Part shown: in pieces, positions 18,528 to 28,089 of the stretch | Numbering within the stretch: position 1 is the stretch's first letter | Layout of the letters: every line of letters begins with the position of its first letter | Assembly (NCBI GenBank): GCA_035285865.1 | Contig: JAYKHS010000028.1 | Span: forward strand, 44,044-108,043 | Direction of reading: 5' to 3' | Source: Candidatus Sericytochromatia bacterium | GTDB taxonomy: Bacteria > Cyanobacteriota > Sericytochromatia > S15B-MN24 > VGJW01 | DNA length: 64,000 nucleotides | Translations under genes and position numbers: made by a program | Notes under the pieces: model-generated | The model's input: the letters and a program-made list of their open reading frames with translations, nothing else | Databases searched by the model: none | What the model was told of the DNA's origin: nothing

Positions 18528-21206
18528 TCAGCGTTGGGCTGCTGCGGTGCCTTCGGCTTCAATGACGGCATGTGCCGCCGCCAGCCGGGCGATGGGTACC
18601 CGGTAGGGCGAGCAGCTCACGTAGTCGAGGCCCAGGCCGTGGGCAAAGGCGATCGAGGCGGGATCGCCCCCGTGTTCGCCGCAGATGCCCGTCTTGAGGT
18701 TCGCGCGCGTGGCCTTGCCGCCCTGCATCGCGAACCGCATCAACTGGCCCACGCCTTCCGTGTCCAGGACCTGGAAGGGGTTCGCGGGCAGCAGCTTGTG
18801 CTCCAGGTAATGGAACAGGAAGCTGCGCTCGGCGTCATCACGCGAGTAGCCCCAGGTCATCTGTGTCAGGTCGTTCGTGCCGAAGCTGAAGAACTCGGCA
18901 TCCTCGGCCAGTGTGCCGGCGACGAGCGCTGCGCGCGGCACCTCAATCATCGTGCCGAACAGCACGGGCACCGTCATGCCACGGCGCGCCTGGACCTCGG
19001 CCGCCACCTGCTCGAGCTGGGCCTTGGCAGCTTTGAGCTCGGCAGGGTGGCCGACGAGCGGCACCATGATCTCGGGCGCGCAGCGCAGACCTTCGGTCAG
19101 GACATCACAGGCCGCATCGAGGATGGCCCGCACCTGCATCGTGTTGATGTCGGGGCGCGTGATGCCGAGTCGGCATCCCCTGAGGCCCATCATCGGGTTG
19201 ACCTCGTGCATGGACTCGATCTGGCGAAGCATCCGCTGCTTTTCGGTGATCTCGTGGGCCGGGGCGCCGACGGCACGCAGGGCCGAGAGTTCCTCGTGCA
19301 ACTTCGTCGCGTTGGGCAGGAACTCATGCAGCGGGGGGTCGAGCAGGCGGATGGTGACAGGGTAGCCCTGCATCGCCCGGAAGATGCCCACGAAGTCCTG
19401 GCGCTGGAAGCCTTCCAGCGTGGCGAGGGCTGCCTGGCGCTCCTTCTCGGTGGCGCCCAGGATCATCTGCTGGACCACGGGCAGCCTGTCCGGGGCGAAG
19501 AACATGTGCTCCGACCGGCACAGGCCGATGCCCTCTGCACCGAATGCCCGCGCGCGCTCGGCGTCGTCCGGCGTATCGGCGTTCGCCCGAACCCCGAGGC
19601 GACGGGTCTCGTCAGCCCAGCGCATGATCTGCTGGAACTCGGTGCTGGGCTCCGGGGGAAGGGTCGGAACCAGGCCCCTGAGGACCTCTCCCGTCTCGCC
19701 GTTGATGGAGACGGCATCCCCCTTGTGCAGCACGGTGCCGTCCGGACACGTCAGGGTTCCTGCCTGCACGTCCACTTGCAGGGCTTCGCAGCCGACGACG
19801 CAGGGCTTGCCCATTCCCCGGGCGACGACGGCAGCATGGCTGGTGTTGCCACCGCGGCTCGTCAGCACGCCCTTGGCGGAGATCATGCCGTGGATGTCGT
19901 CCGGACAGGTCTCGGGCCTGACGAGGATGACCCCCTTGCCTTTCTCGGCCCACGCCACGGCCTCGTCCGGATCGAAGACGATCACGCCGCCGACCGTGCC
20001 AGGCGAGGCGGCAAGACCAGTGGCCAGAACTTCCGGGCTGAAGGAAGGATCGAGGCGCGGCAGCAGCATCTGGATGACGTGACCGGCATTCAGGCGCCGC
20101 ACGGCCTCGCGGGGCGTGATCAGGCCCTCACGGTACATGTCATGGGCGATGCGGGCTGCGGCAGCACCCGTTCGCTTGCCGTTGCGGGTCTGCAGCATGT
20201 AGAGGCGACCACGCTCGATGGTGAACTCGAGGTCCTGCATGTCCCGATAGTGGGTTTCCAGCATGCGGGCGACCTGGCGAAGTTGCGCCGCGGCCTCGGG
20301 AATCGTCGCGTCCAGTTCGTCGATGGGGCGGGGGGTCCGGATGCCGGCGACGACGTCCTCGCCTTGCGCGTTGGTCAGGAACTCGCCGTAGAGGCGTGCC
20401 TCGCCGGTATTGGGGTTGCGGGTGAAGCAGACCCCCGTGGCAGAATCCTCGCCCATGTTGCCGAAGACCATGGCCTGCACGTTCACCGCCGTCCCGAGGT
20501 CGTTGGGGATGCCTTCATGGCGGCGATACGTGACAGCCCGATCGCTGTTCCAGCTCCGGAAGACGGCCTCGATGGCCATCTTGAGCTGCTGCCAGGGGTC
20601 CTCGGGGAACGGGATTCCCAGCTCTCGCTCCACCAGGGCGAGGTAGGCTTCGGCCACGTCCTTGAGCGTCGCGGCATCGAGATCCGTGTCCAGCTTCGCG
20701 CCGACCTTGTGCTTGTACTGCTCCAGCAGGTACTCGAAGTTCCCGAGGCGCAGGCCGAGAACGACATTGCTGAACATCCCGATGAAGCGGCGGTACGCAT
20801 CCCACGCGAATCGGGCATTACCGGTCTGCTCGGTGACACCGGCGACGGTCGCACGGTTCAGTCCGAGGTTGAGGATCGTGTCCATCATCCCGGGCATCGA
20901 GAACTTGGCACCGCTCCGGACGCTGACCAGAAGGGGGTTGGCCGGATCCCCGAAGCGCTTGGTCGTGGTCTTCTCGACCTCGACCATCGCCTGGCGGATT
21001 TCGTCCTCGAGACCGTCGAGCTTGCGGTCGCCGCTTGCCAGGTAATCGAGGCAGACGGCCGTCGTGATGGTGAAGCCGGGCGGCACGGGCAGGCCTTGCG
21101 CAGCCATCTCGGCGAGGCCGGCGCCCTTGCCTCCCAGCAGGTCTCGGGACAGGCCCCTGCCGTCGCGGAAAAGCACGACACGGCGAGTGTCGGTCACTGT
21201 GGACAT
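18528..21206 (-). CDS. ppdK: pyruvate, phosphate dikinase
   Basis: About 890 aa. N-terminal PPDK nucleotide-binding region (GGKGAGLAEM...GLPVPPGFTITT). Central phosphohistidine region (GGNTSHAAVVARGMGKPCVVG). C-terminal PEP-utilising TIM barrel. Confidence 0.9.
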   Translation of the reverse strand: MSTVTDTRRVVLFRDGRGLSRDLLGGKGAGLAEMAAQGLPVPPGFTITTAVCLDYLASGDRKLDGLEDEIRQAMVEVEKTTTKRFGDPANPLLVSVRSGAKFSMPGMMDTILNLGLNRATVAGVTEQTGNARFAWDAYRRFIGMFSNVVLGLRLGNFEYLLEQYKHKVGAKLDTDLDAATLKDVAEAYLALVERELGIPFPEDPWQQLKMAIEAVFRSWNSDRAVTYRRHEGIPNDLGTAVNVQAMVFGNMGEDSATGVCFTRNPNTGEARLYGEFLTNAQGEDVVAGIRTPRPIDELDATIPEAAAQLRQVARMLETHYRDMQDLEFTIERGRLYMLQTRNGKRTGAAAARIAHDMYREGLITPREAVRRLNAGHVIQMLLPRLDPSFSPEVLATGLAASPGTVGGVIVFDPDEAVAWAEKGKGVILVRPETCPDDIHGMISAKGVLTSRGGNTSHAAVVARGMGKPCVVGCEALQVDVQAGTLTCPDGTVLHKGDAVSINGETGEVLRGLVPTLPPEPSTEFQQIMRWADETRRLGVRANADTPDDAERARAFGAEGIGLCRSEHMFFAPDRLPVVQQMILGATEKERQAALATLEGFQRQDFVGIFRAMQGYPVTIRLLDPPLHEFLPNATKLHEELSALRAVGAPAHEITEKQRMLRQIESMHEVNPMMGLRGCRLGITRPDINTMQVRAILDAACDVLTEGLRCAPEIMVPLVGHPAELKAAKAQLEQVAAEVQARRGMTVPVLFGTMIEVPRAALVAGTLAEDAEFFSFGTNDLTQMTWGYSRDDAERSFLFHYLEHKLLPANPFQVLDTEGVGQLMRFAMQGGKATRANLKTGICGEHGGDPASIAFAHGLGLDYVSCSPYRVPIARLAAAHAVIEAEGTAAAQR

Positions 21207-21290
21207 CGTTGTCTCCTCAGGTTGTCGGCCGCGCATCATCGAGCGGTCGGGTCGGTGGGTTATTGGGCAGCAATGAGGCTGCCGGTGGTT

Positions 21291-22190
21291 CTAGACGTAG
21301 GTTTCCTTGCGTTGGGTCAGTTCGAGGATTTCCGCGGCCGTTTCTTCGATGGCCTTGTGCGTCACGTCCACCACGGGACAACGCAGCTTGCGGAAGATGG
21401 TTTCGGCATAGTCGAGCTCGTCCGAGATGTGTTGGGCGCTGGCATAGGAGGCCGAACCCGTCAGGCCCAGGTTCTGCAGGCGCTGGGTGCGGATGTCTTG
21501 CAGCGTCGCGGGGTTCAGCGTCAGCCCGATGACGCGGCCCGCAGGCAGGGCGAAAAGTTCCTTGGGAGGTTGCACGCCCAGCACGAGTGGCACGTTGCTG
21601 GTCTTCAGGCCCCGGACCTGAGCGAGGTACATGCTGGTCGGCGTCTTGGACGTGCGGCTCACGCCGACGAGCACCAGATCGGCGAGGGCCAGGCCCTTGG
21701 GGTCCTTGCCGTCGTCGTACCGGATGGCGAACTCGATGGCTTCCATGCGGTTGAAGTAGGCTTCGTCCTTCTGGTGGAGCAGCCCGGCCTCGAAGTGGGG
21801 CTCGGCACCCAGGATGAGGCCCAGGACATTGATCAGAGCACCCAGGATATCCACGGTCGGGATGCCCTTGCGCTTGGCCTCGGCCTGCAGGGTTTCTCTC
21901 AAGCGCACGTCGACGATGGTGTAGGCCAGCACGCAGCGTGTCTGGGTGGCCAGCGTGACCATGCCGGTGATCTGCTCGATCGTTCGGGCGCGAGGCAGGC
22001 GCACCAGCTTGATGGGGTGGCCCTTGAACTGCAGGGCAGCCGCGCGCGCCACGAGCTCGGCCGTCTCTCCCGAGGCGTCCGAGACCGTGTAGACGGTCAA
22101 CGTTGCCCCATCCACAGCTGTTCCTCCGGGCCGCAAGGCCCAGTGGCATGCTATCGCCCGCGCCCCGGGTGCGTAAAGCATGGCGGGCAT
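21291..22190 (-). CDS. pyruvate, phosphate dikinase regulatory protein (bifunctional kinase/pyrophosphorylase, DUF299/PSRP)
   Basis: TVYTVSDASGETAE N-terminal signature. P-loop-like GVSRTSKTPTS. Located directly downstream of ppdK. The true start may be an internal GTG/TTG near VDGATLTVY. Confidence 0.8.
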   Translation of the reverse strand: MPAMLYAPGARAIACHWALRPGGTAVDGATLTVYTVSDASGETAELVARAAALQFKGHPIKLVRLPRARTIEQITGMVTLATQTRCVLAYTIVDVRLRETLQAEAKRKGIPTVDILGALINVLGLILGAEPHFEAGLLHQKDEAYFNRMEAIEFAIRYDDGKDPKGLALADLVLVGVSRTSKTPTSMYLAQVRGLKTSNVPLVLGVQPPKELFALPAGRVIGLTLNPATLQDIRTQRLQNLGLTGSASYASAQHISDELDYAETIFRKLRCPVVDVTHKAIEETAAEILELTQRKETYV

Positions 22191-22213
22191 TGTGAGAAGA
22201 GGGACTGCGGGGT

Positions 22214-22717
22214 ATGGAAGTTCAGGATGGTAACTTCCCCATGACCGAACGCCACGTCCTTAGCCGCCTCATCATCACGGAGGAGCTTGGTGCCCTCATG
22301 ACGCAGCAAGTCACCGAGCTTGCTGCGGAGGAGTCGATCGTGGGCTGCGCTGTTCTGGACGCCAGCGGCCTTACCTTGGCGCATGCCGGCGAGGGTCGGA
22401 TGGGAGACCCCGGCGTGGCGGCGCTGGTTGCCGCGTCCTTCCGAACCCTTGCGGAGCTTGCGAAGATGACGGGTGAGAATGCCCCCCAGACTTTCGTGTT
22501 GCCCGGAGTCGACACGAGGACCCTGTGTTTCCGGCTCGAGTCGGGTGACTTCCTGATCGTTCAGGCCACGGCAGCGACACCTGTCGAGGAGCTTGAGGCC
22601 ACCCTGCTTCCGGTGGAGCACGATCTCGGGGCCGCGCTGACGACGGCGCGTCTGGGGCCCGCTCCGGAACCGCTGCCTGACGCCTCGGCCCTCGACAACC
22701 TCTTCGGCGATCTCTAG
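22214..22717 (+). CDS. mglB: Roadblock/LC7-domain protein, MglB-like (putative GTPase-activating partner)
   Basis: Roadblock-like core (ESIVGCAVLDASGLTLAHAG...FLIVQA). C-terminal tail LPDASALDNLFGDL closely resembles the MglB C-terminus (...DDDIDNLFSE). Immediately upstream of the MglA-like gene, as in myxobacterial mglBA. Confidence 0.7.
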   Translation: MEVQDGNFPMTERHVLSRLIITEELGALMTQQVTELAAEESIVGCAVLDASGLTLAHAGEGRMGDPGVAALVAASFRTLAELAKMTGENAPQTFVLPGVDTRTLCFRLESGDFLIVQATAATPVEELEATLLPVEHDLGAALTTARLGPAPEPLPDASALDNLFGDL

Positions 22718-22726
22718 GCGATTCCG

Positions 22727-23308
22727 GTGGCCGTCCTCCACTACGGCAGGCGAGAGATCCGCTCCCGGGTGGCCTATTTCGGTCCCGTGGGCTCGGGCAA
22801 GGCCTCGAATCTCTTGGCGTTGCAGGACCTCTGGCCCGTTGAGCGCCGGGGAGCCGTCGTCGAGGCGACCCCGGAAAGCGAACGCGCCGTGCGTTGTTTG
22901 CGCCTGCCCATGCTGGGTGACCCGGTCGGCGACTGGTCGGTGCGGTTCGAGGCCTTCACGGTGCCCGGGCAGGCCCAGTTTCCGAGCACGCGGGCGAATC
23001 TGCTGGCCGGCGCCGACGGAGTCGTTTTCGTGGCCGACGCCGCCCCTGCCAGAAGAGAAGCGAACGTCGCCGCCTGGCACGAGTTGTTGGTCCACGTCGT
23101 GGCACAGGGCATCGATCCCGAGCGGATGCCCATCGTCATCCAGATCAACCACGCCGATGTCCGCGACGCCTTGGGCGTGGGGGAGATTGCGTCGCAACTC
23201 GGGGTCGAAGTCCGCCCTTCCTTCATGGCCATCGCCCGGGACGGCAGAGGTGTGCTCGAGGCCTGGATGGCAGTCGAGGGCCTGATCCGCATGGACTGGC
23301 GTTCATGA
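22727..23308 (+). CDS. mglA: MglA-like small Ras-family GTPase
   Basis: 193 aa. Aligns along its whole length with M. xanthus MglA: YGRREIRSRVAYFGPVGSGKASNL vs [24 protein letters not shown]. Conserved Arg (ESERAVRC). FTVPGQ. VDGVVFVAD. IVIQINHADV (NKxD-like). The P-loop reads GKA instead of GK[ST]. Confidence 0.85.
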   Translation: MAVLHYGRREIRSRVAYFGPVGSGKASNLLALQDLWPVERRGAVVEATPESERAVRCLRLPMLGDPVGDWSVRFEAFTVPGQAQFPSTRANLLAGADGVVFVADAAPARREANVAAWHELLVHVVAQGIDPERMPIVIQINHADVRDALGVGEIASQLGVEVRPSFMAIARDGRGVLEAWMAVEGLIRMDWRS

Positions 23309-25245
23309 AGGCCGCCTCCTCTGGCATCGGCAGCGCCCGGCCAGGCAATCTGTGGCGCGAGGCCGACGGACTGTACGACTTCATGAGCCGTGCGGTTCTC
23401 CTGCTGGTCGCCGAGCTCGATGATGCCGACGTGGCCTTCATGGTGCGGGAGGACCCTTCGCTGCCGTGGCGGGTGTCTGCGTCCCGTCCCGAATGGGAGG
23501 CCCAGTTGACGATGGCCTCGATGAGCGGTTTGCTGGCCGGCGTTCCGGCGCAGGGCTTCGAGGGATGGCAGGTTCGCGATCTGGAAGTCGAGAAGCCCGT
23601 GGCTGCCCGGCTGCTGACACGGGGCCCGGCACCGGCACAGGAATCCTGCGATGGCCTGGCGGCCGGCATCTCCCTCGTCATCGCACGGGACCGTCTGGCT
23701 CGGGCGGATGCCGGCATCGGCGAGATCGGGCGGGTGGTCCAGGCCTTGCGCCAGTTGGCTTCCAACATCCACCAGGCCGAGGATCTTTCGCTGCTGGCCG
23801 AGGTCGTCTGTGCCTCGGTGGCTCGTGCCACGGGCGCAGAGGTGGTGGCGCTCTACCAGCTCGAGGGCGATGCCTTCCGATTGACCGAGGAAATCGGCGT
23901 GCATCGCCCGGGCGTTTCCGGCATGGCGGCTGCACTGGCTGCATCGCTTGCGCCGCGGCAGCCCATTCCCCGGGATGAGGCGGGCTTTCTCTCCCAGGCG
24001 CTTTGGGAGGGGCGTCCGGTGGCCATTCCCAATATGGCGGCTGCTGACGGCGCGCGTGTCGGGCTTGGCCATTTGGGGCTGATGTCCGCGATGGCGGCCC
24101 CGCTGCTGACGCCTCTGGACGACTTGGGCGTCCTGCTCGTGGGCAGCCGTGCACCGCGCCTCTTCAGTCCGACCGAATTGTCCGAGTTGTCCGAGCTGGC
24201 CCAGGCGGCGTCGGGAGCCTTGCTGACGTGGCGGCTCCACGCGCGTGCCCAGGAGGAGTCGCGCAAGGCCAGCGAGCTCATCGCCCGGTTGCATGACCTG
24301 ACGCGCGCGACCCGTGAGGTCGGCAAGACGCTTGAGGCCAAGCACGCCTGCGAGGCCTGCGTGCGCCTGCTCCCGCAGTTCATGCGCCCTGCGGAGTGGG
24401 TTGATTGCTACCTCATCGAGGGCGACGCATGGCGGCTGGTGGCTGGCTCCAGTCCGCAGGACGCCAGCCCTCCCGAGTCCTGGCTCTACTACCTTGATCG
24501 TTCGGGCTATCCGCCGTCCTTGCGGCTCGAGTCCGATGCGCTGGCGGGCACCGGATTCGAGGATGCCGGACAGGTCCTGCTGTTTCCGATGCGCATGCAG
24601 CAGACCCTGCTTGGCCTGGTCGTCGTGGCGACGGAGCGCGACCTTGCCATGACCGGTCGGGACATGGCCGAGACGCTGGTGGCCCATGCGGCGTCGGCAG
24701 TCTTCAATGCCGAGCAGTGGCGACGGGCGCATGAGCGATCTATCACGGACCCGCTCACGGGGGTCCACAACCGTCGGCACTTTGTCGACGTCTTCGAGCA
24801 GGAACTGGCCAAGGCCGCCCGTTATCACCGGGAGTTCAGCGTGATTCTGCTCGACATCGATCACTTCAAGATGATCAACGATCGCCTGGGTCATCTGGCC
24901 GGGGACCAGATCCTGCGCGAGGTTGCGGCCCTGTTGCGCGACAACGTGCGCAAGGTCGATCTGGTCGCGCGCTACGGTGGGGAAGAATTCGCGTTGCTGT
25001 TGCCGGAGACCGGGGATGATGGTGCTCGTGCACTGGCCGAAAAGTTGCGGCATCGTTTCGAGGCACATCCCTTCAGCGACCAGGATCTGATGCCCGGGCG
25101 ACAGGTCACGGCCAGTTTCGGGCATGCCTCCTTTGGGCTGGACGGCACGACTGCCGAGCAGCTGCTGCAGGCCGCGGACGAGGCTTTGTATGCCGCCAAG
25201 CGGGATGGCAGGAACCGGGTAGGTTCGCCGTCGAGGAGAGCGTGA
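23305..25245 (+). CDS. GAF-domain-containing diguanylate cyclase (GGDEF)
   Basis: Two GAF-like regions followed by a GGDEF domain with intact active site (RYGGEEFALLLPE) and DxLTG region (ITDPLTGVHNRR). ATG overlaps the mglA-like stop (ATGA). Confidence 0.85.
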   Translation: MKAASSGIGSARPGNLWREADGLYDFMSRAVLLLVAELDDADVAFMVREDPSLPWRVSASRPEWEAQLTMASMSGLLAGVPAQGFEGWQVRDLEVEKPVAARLLTRGPAPAQESCDGLAAGISLVIARDRLARADAGIGEIGRVVQALRQLASNIHQAEDLSLLAEVVCASVARATGAEVVALYQLEGDAFRLTEEIGVHRPGVSGMAAALAASLAPRQPIPRDEAGFLSQALWEGRPVAIPNMAAADGARVGLGHLGLMSAMAAPLLTPLDDLGVLLVGSRAPRLFSPTELSELSELAQAASGALLTWRLHARAQEESRKASELIARLHDLTRATREVGKTLEAKHACEACVRLLPQFMRPAEWVDCYLIEGDAWRLVAGSSPQDASPPESWLYYLDRSGYPPSLRLESDALAGTGFEDAGQVLLFPMRMQQTLLGLVVVATERDLAMTGRDMAETLVAHAASAVFNAEQWRRAHERSITDPLTGVHNRRHFVDVFEQELAKAARYHREFSVILLDIDHFKMINDRLGHLAGDQILREVAALLRDNVRKVDLVARYGGEEFALLLPETGDDGARALAEKLRHRFEAHPFSDQDLMPGRQVTASFGHASFGLDGTTAEQLLQAADEALYAAKRDGRNRVGSPSRRA

Positions 25246-26018
25246 GCGTGGGCGATCAGTGGAAGAGCTCGGGACCCTTGCCGCCCGGTCAGACCGGCAA
25301 GCTTCGCGGCACGGGGACGCAGCGCCTCGCTTCTGGCGATGCCGTACAGGTCTCCGCCGGCGTCACCGCAGGAGGGGTGCCTTGGGATCGGGCTGCCATC
25401 GAGCGAGCCGGAGAGCTGGCTGTCCTCGTGGCGATGGGACGGCGCCTTCTGGCGGATTACGCCCGCCCGCTCGAGGCACTCAGGCTGGTGCTGCAATTGT
25501 TGCGTCCGGATGCGGATGCCGGCGGGCTCCTCGCCCACTACGGCGAGGCCGAGCGGGGCTATCTGGAGGGCCTCGTCCGGCATGTGTCGCCCAAGGCTGA
25601 CCTTCGTCGCCGCATGGAGATGGCCGGCTTGCAGATGGAAGGTGCCCGGCAGGGCATCGAGGACTTCGCCCGTCGCCTCGACGAGGCCTTGGTCTATCTC
25701 GGGGACGAGGGCATGTCCGCTTTTCGGGACCTGCGCACGGAGAGCCTGCGGGGTGTCCTGCATCCCGTCACGGTCCTGCATGCTGCCTTCGAGGCCGACT
25801 CCTACCTGCGCGAGCTGTTCCCGCCTCCGCGCATCAAGCTGCCGACGGGCACCGGTCCGCTTGTCGCCCCCGCCACCGCCACTGCCGTTCCTGTCCAAGA
25901 GTCGGTGCAGCCCCAGCGATCCGTGACCGGTGGCTTGGGCCAGGCCCTAGGCGACGGCCTGGGGCGTTTCGTTCGCAGTGCGACCCAGAGCCTTCGGCCG
26001 CCCAATCACCCCGGCTGA
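25242..26018 (+). CDS. hypothetical protein, GTG start overlapping the GGDEF stop
   Basis: 258-aa ORF with protein-like composition. Its GTGA overlap with the preceding stop suggests it is the fourth gene of the mglB-mglA-GGDEF operon. Confidence 0.5.
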   Translation: MSVGDQWKSSGPLPPGQTGKLRGTGTQRLASGDAVQVSAGVTAGGVPWDRAAIERAGELAVLVAMGRRLLADYARPLEALRLVLQLLRPDADAGGLLAHYGEAERGYLEGLVRHVSPKADLRRRMEMAGLQMEGARQGIEDFARRLDEALVYLGDEGMSAFRDLRTESLRGVLHPVTVLHAAFEADSYLRELFPPPRIKLPTGTGPLVAPATATAVPVQESVQPQRSVTGGLGQALGDGLGRFVRSATQSLRPPNHPG

Positions 26019-26033
26019 ATCTGACCTGCTCTT

Positions 26034-26816
26034 TCAGGGACGGAGGAGGCGCATCGTCAGGATGCTGCCCTCATAGAGGAGCAACAGCATCCCGGCCATC
26101 ATGACCTGGGACAGCACGTCGGGCGATGGGGAGATCACGGCCCCGAGAATGAAGGCCCCGAGAATGGCCGGCCGCCGGAATGCAGTCAGTTGGCGCCATG
26201 TCACGAATCCGGCAAGGCCAAGCGCAACCAGGACGACTGGCAGTTCGAAAACCACGCCCGTGGCGAAGAGGAACAGCGCACAGAAATCCAAGACGGAGGC
26301 GACCGTCAGCATCGGCATGATGCTGGTCGGGGTGAAGGCGACCAGAAATTGGAAACCGATGGGCAGCAGGGCGAAGTAGGAGAAGGAGAGTCCGGCGGCG
26401 AAGAGGACCACGGCCCCGATGACGAGCGGCACGGCCAGACGCCGCTCTGCCGGCTTGAGGCCGGGTCTGATGAAGGCCATGACCTGCCAGAGGATGACCG
26501 GCAGCGCGACCGTAAGGCCTCCCAGGCCCGACATGTGCAGGGTCGCGAGGAAGTATTCGGCCGGACGGGTGGTCACCAGTTTGCCAAGGCCGCCAAGGGG
26601 ACCCTCGACCGGGGCCAGCACCAGCGGGATCAGTTGATCGTGCAGGCCGAAACAGCCTAGGAAGCCGACCACGAGGGCCGCGATCGAGACGAGCAGCCGA
26701 TGGCGCAGCTCTTCCAGATGCTCGACAGGACTCATCTCGCCCTGTTTGCGCCGCGGTTCGCTGGCCGCCGGGGTGGTCACGGCGGGTGAAGGAGTCAGGG
26801 GCGCCTGAGGTTCCAT
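26034..26816 (-). CDS. tatC: twin-arginine translocase subunit TatC
   Basis: 260 aa from MEPQAPL. Six TM helices. TatC signatures EHLEELRHRL, FxFAT-type motif (ALFLFATGVVFELPVV), and PD.S/GM.LL C-terminus (SPSPDVLSQVMMAGMLLLLYE). Confidence 0.85.
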   Translation of the reverse strand: MEPQAPLTPSPAVTTPAASEPRRKQGEMSPVEHLEELRHRLLVSIAALVVGFLGCFGLHDQLIPLVLAPVEGPLGGLGKLVTTRPAEYFLATLHMSGLGGLTVALPVILWQVMAFIRPGLKPAERRLAVPLVIGAVVLFAAGLSFSYFALLPIGFQFLVAFTPTSIMPMLTVASVLDFCALFLFATGVVFELPVVLVALGLAGFVTWRQLTAFRRPAILGAFILGAVISPSPDVLSQVMMAGMLLLLYEGSILTMRLLRP

Positions 26817-27424
26817 GACTGTCGCGATCCGTGCTTGGGGGGGCGCATGTGGCTCATGATGCGCCGCATGCGGCCGGGACCGGAAGAGGGTTCCGCGAGA
26901 AAGCGCACGGCAAATGTCTGATGGCCGACCTTGCGCAGGACGCGGATACGCTCTTCGAGCGCGCCGTCTCTCAACTCGAGCGTCACCGAGACGTCCTTGC
27001 CGACCGGCAGCGAGACGGGGCTGTGGAGCAGCATGCCGCCGCTGCTGACGTTCAGGGTGTGGCCTCTCGCCACGGCGCGCTCGAGCCTGAGGATGGCCGG
27101 GACCATCGCATCGAGACGCAGGGCGCCACGCTGGTCCCGGGAGGCCAGAGGGGCCGTTCCGGGCCTGGCTTTCCCGAGACCGAACTCGGGCAGAGCGGTT
27201 CGTATCTCCAGACGCTGACGCGCATGGATGAGCGGGACCTCGACAATGCCGGTCTGGCCATTGGGCCAGGTGATGACCACGTGGTCGGGCATCTCGACCG
27301 GTACGGGGAGTGCAAGCGTCACCTGACCCGCCATCACGGAACGGACCTGACCCTTGAGCAACAGCGGGCCCCACTGGACGTGGACCGGTTGTCCCGCTTC
27401 GAGGGGAACTCCGTCCGGGGTCAC
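26795..27424 (-). CDS. PilZ-domain protein (putative c-di-GMP receptor)
   Basis: RxxxR motif (ARQRLEIR) followed about 40 aa later by the (D/N)xSxxG motif (LNVSSGGMLL). 209 aa. Confidence 0.55.
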   Translation of the reverse strand: MTPDGVPLEAGQPVHVQWGPLLLKGQVRSVMAGQVTLALPVPVEMPDHVVITWPNGQTGIVEVPLIHARQRLEIRTALPEFGLGKARPGTAPLASRDQRGALRLDAMVPAILRLERAVARGHTLNVSSGGMLLHSPVSLPVGKDVSVTLELRDGALEERIRVLRKVGHQTFAVRFLAEPSSGPGRMRRIMSHMRPPKHGSRQSWNLRRP

Positions 27425-27987
27425 GGCTGGGGATGCTGGCTGGGCTCGATGAGCCCGTAGTTGCCGTCGCGCCTGTGGTAGATGACGGCAAACTGGCCTG
27501 TCAGCCGATTGTGGAAAGTCAGGAAGTCCTTGCCCGAGAGGTCGAGCTGATAGGCGGCATCTTCGGGGGCGAGGTCCAGCACGACGGCGTCGCGGATCCG
27601 AACGATCTGCGGAGCTTCGTCCACTTGCGTGGGTTCGATGGCGGCTTCCTCGGCCACGACGGCAACCGTCTTGGTCCGGGCGTGGCGCCTGTCCTCGAGG
27701 CGCTGCTTGTGGCGCTTGAGCTGTCGGGCAATCTTGTCCGAAACCAGATCGATCGACGCATACATGTCCGTCGAGGCTTCCTCGCCCCGAATCAGGGTGC
27801 CGTTGGCATGCAGCGTCACTTCCACGATCTGGTTCTCGGAAACGGACGGGTTGCGGATGACCGTCAACTCCACATGGGCTTGGCGGATGTCCTCCATGAA
27901 ATGGGTCACGCGGCCCAGTTTTTCGCGGGCGTAATCCTTCAGGGCGTCCGTGATGACGATGTTCTTGCCCTTGATCACCAGTTCCAT
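27421..27987 (-). CDS. hpf: ribosome hibernation promoting factor (long HPF)
   Basis: MELVIKGKNIVITDALKDYAREKLGRV N-terminus typical of HPF/RaiA. C-terminal extension as in long HPFs. Confidence 0.85.
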   Translation of the reverse strand: MELVIKGKNIVITDALKDYAREKLGRVTHFMEDIRQAHVELTVIRNPSVSENQIVEVTLHANGTLIRGEEASTDMYASIDLVSDKIARQLKRHKQRLEDRRHARTKTVAVVAEEAAIEPTQVDEAPQIVRIRDAVVLDLAPEDAAYQLDLSGKDFLTFHNRLTGQFAVIYHRRDGNYGLIEPSQHPQP

Positions 27988-28089
27988 CGGCAGGGTCCTC
28001 GCGGCGTGGGTGGGAGTCGGAAGAGGGGCGTGGCCCAGGCTAACCGTCGGGACCGGCCGACACAAGGCCCGGACCCCCGGCACGCCGTC

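Noticed and set aside
18243-22244. 1333-aa ORF on the + strand
   Set aside because: Antisense to ppdK and its regulatory protein, which have unmistakable signatures. This ORF has antisense-type composition.
22774-25125. 783-aa ORF on the minus strand
   Set aside because: Antisense to the MglA-like and GAF-GGDEF genes. R/G/Q-rich junk composition.
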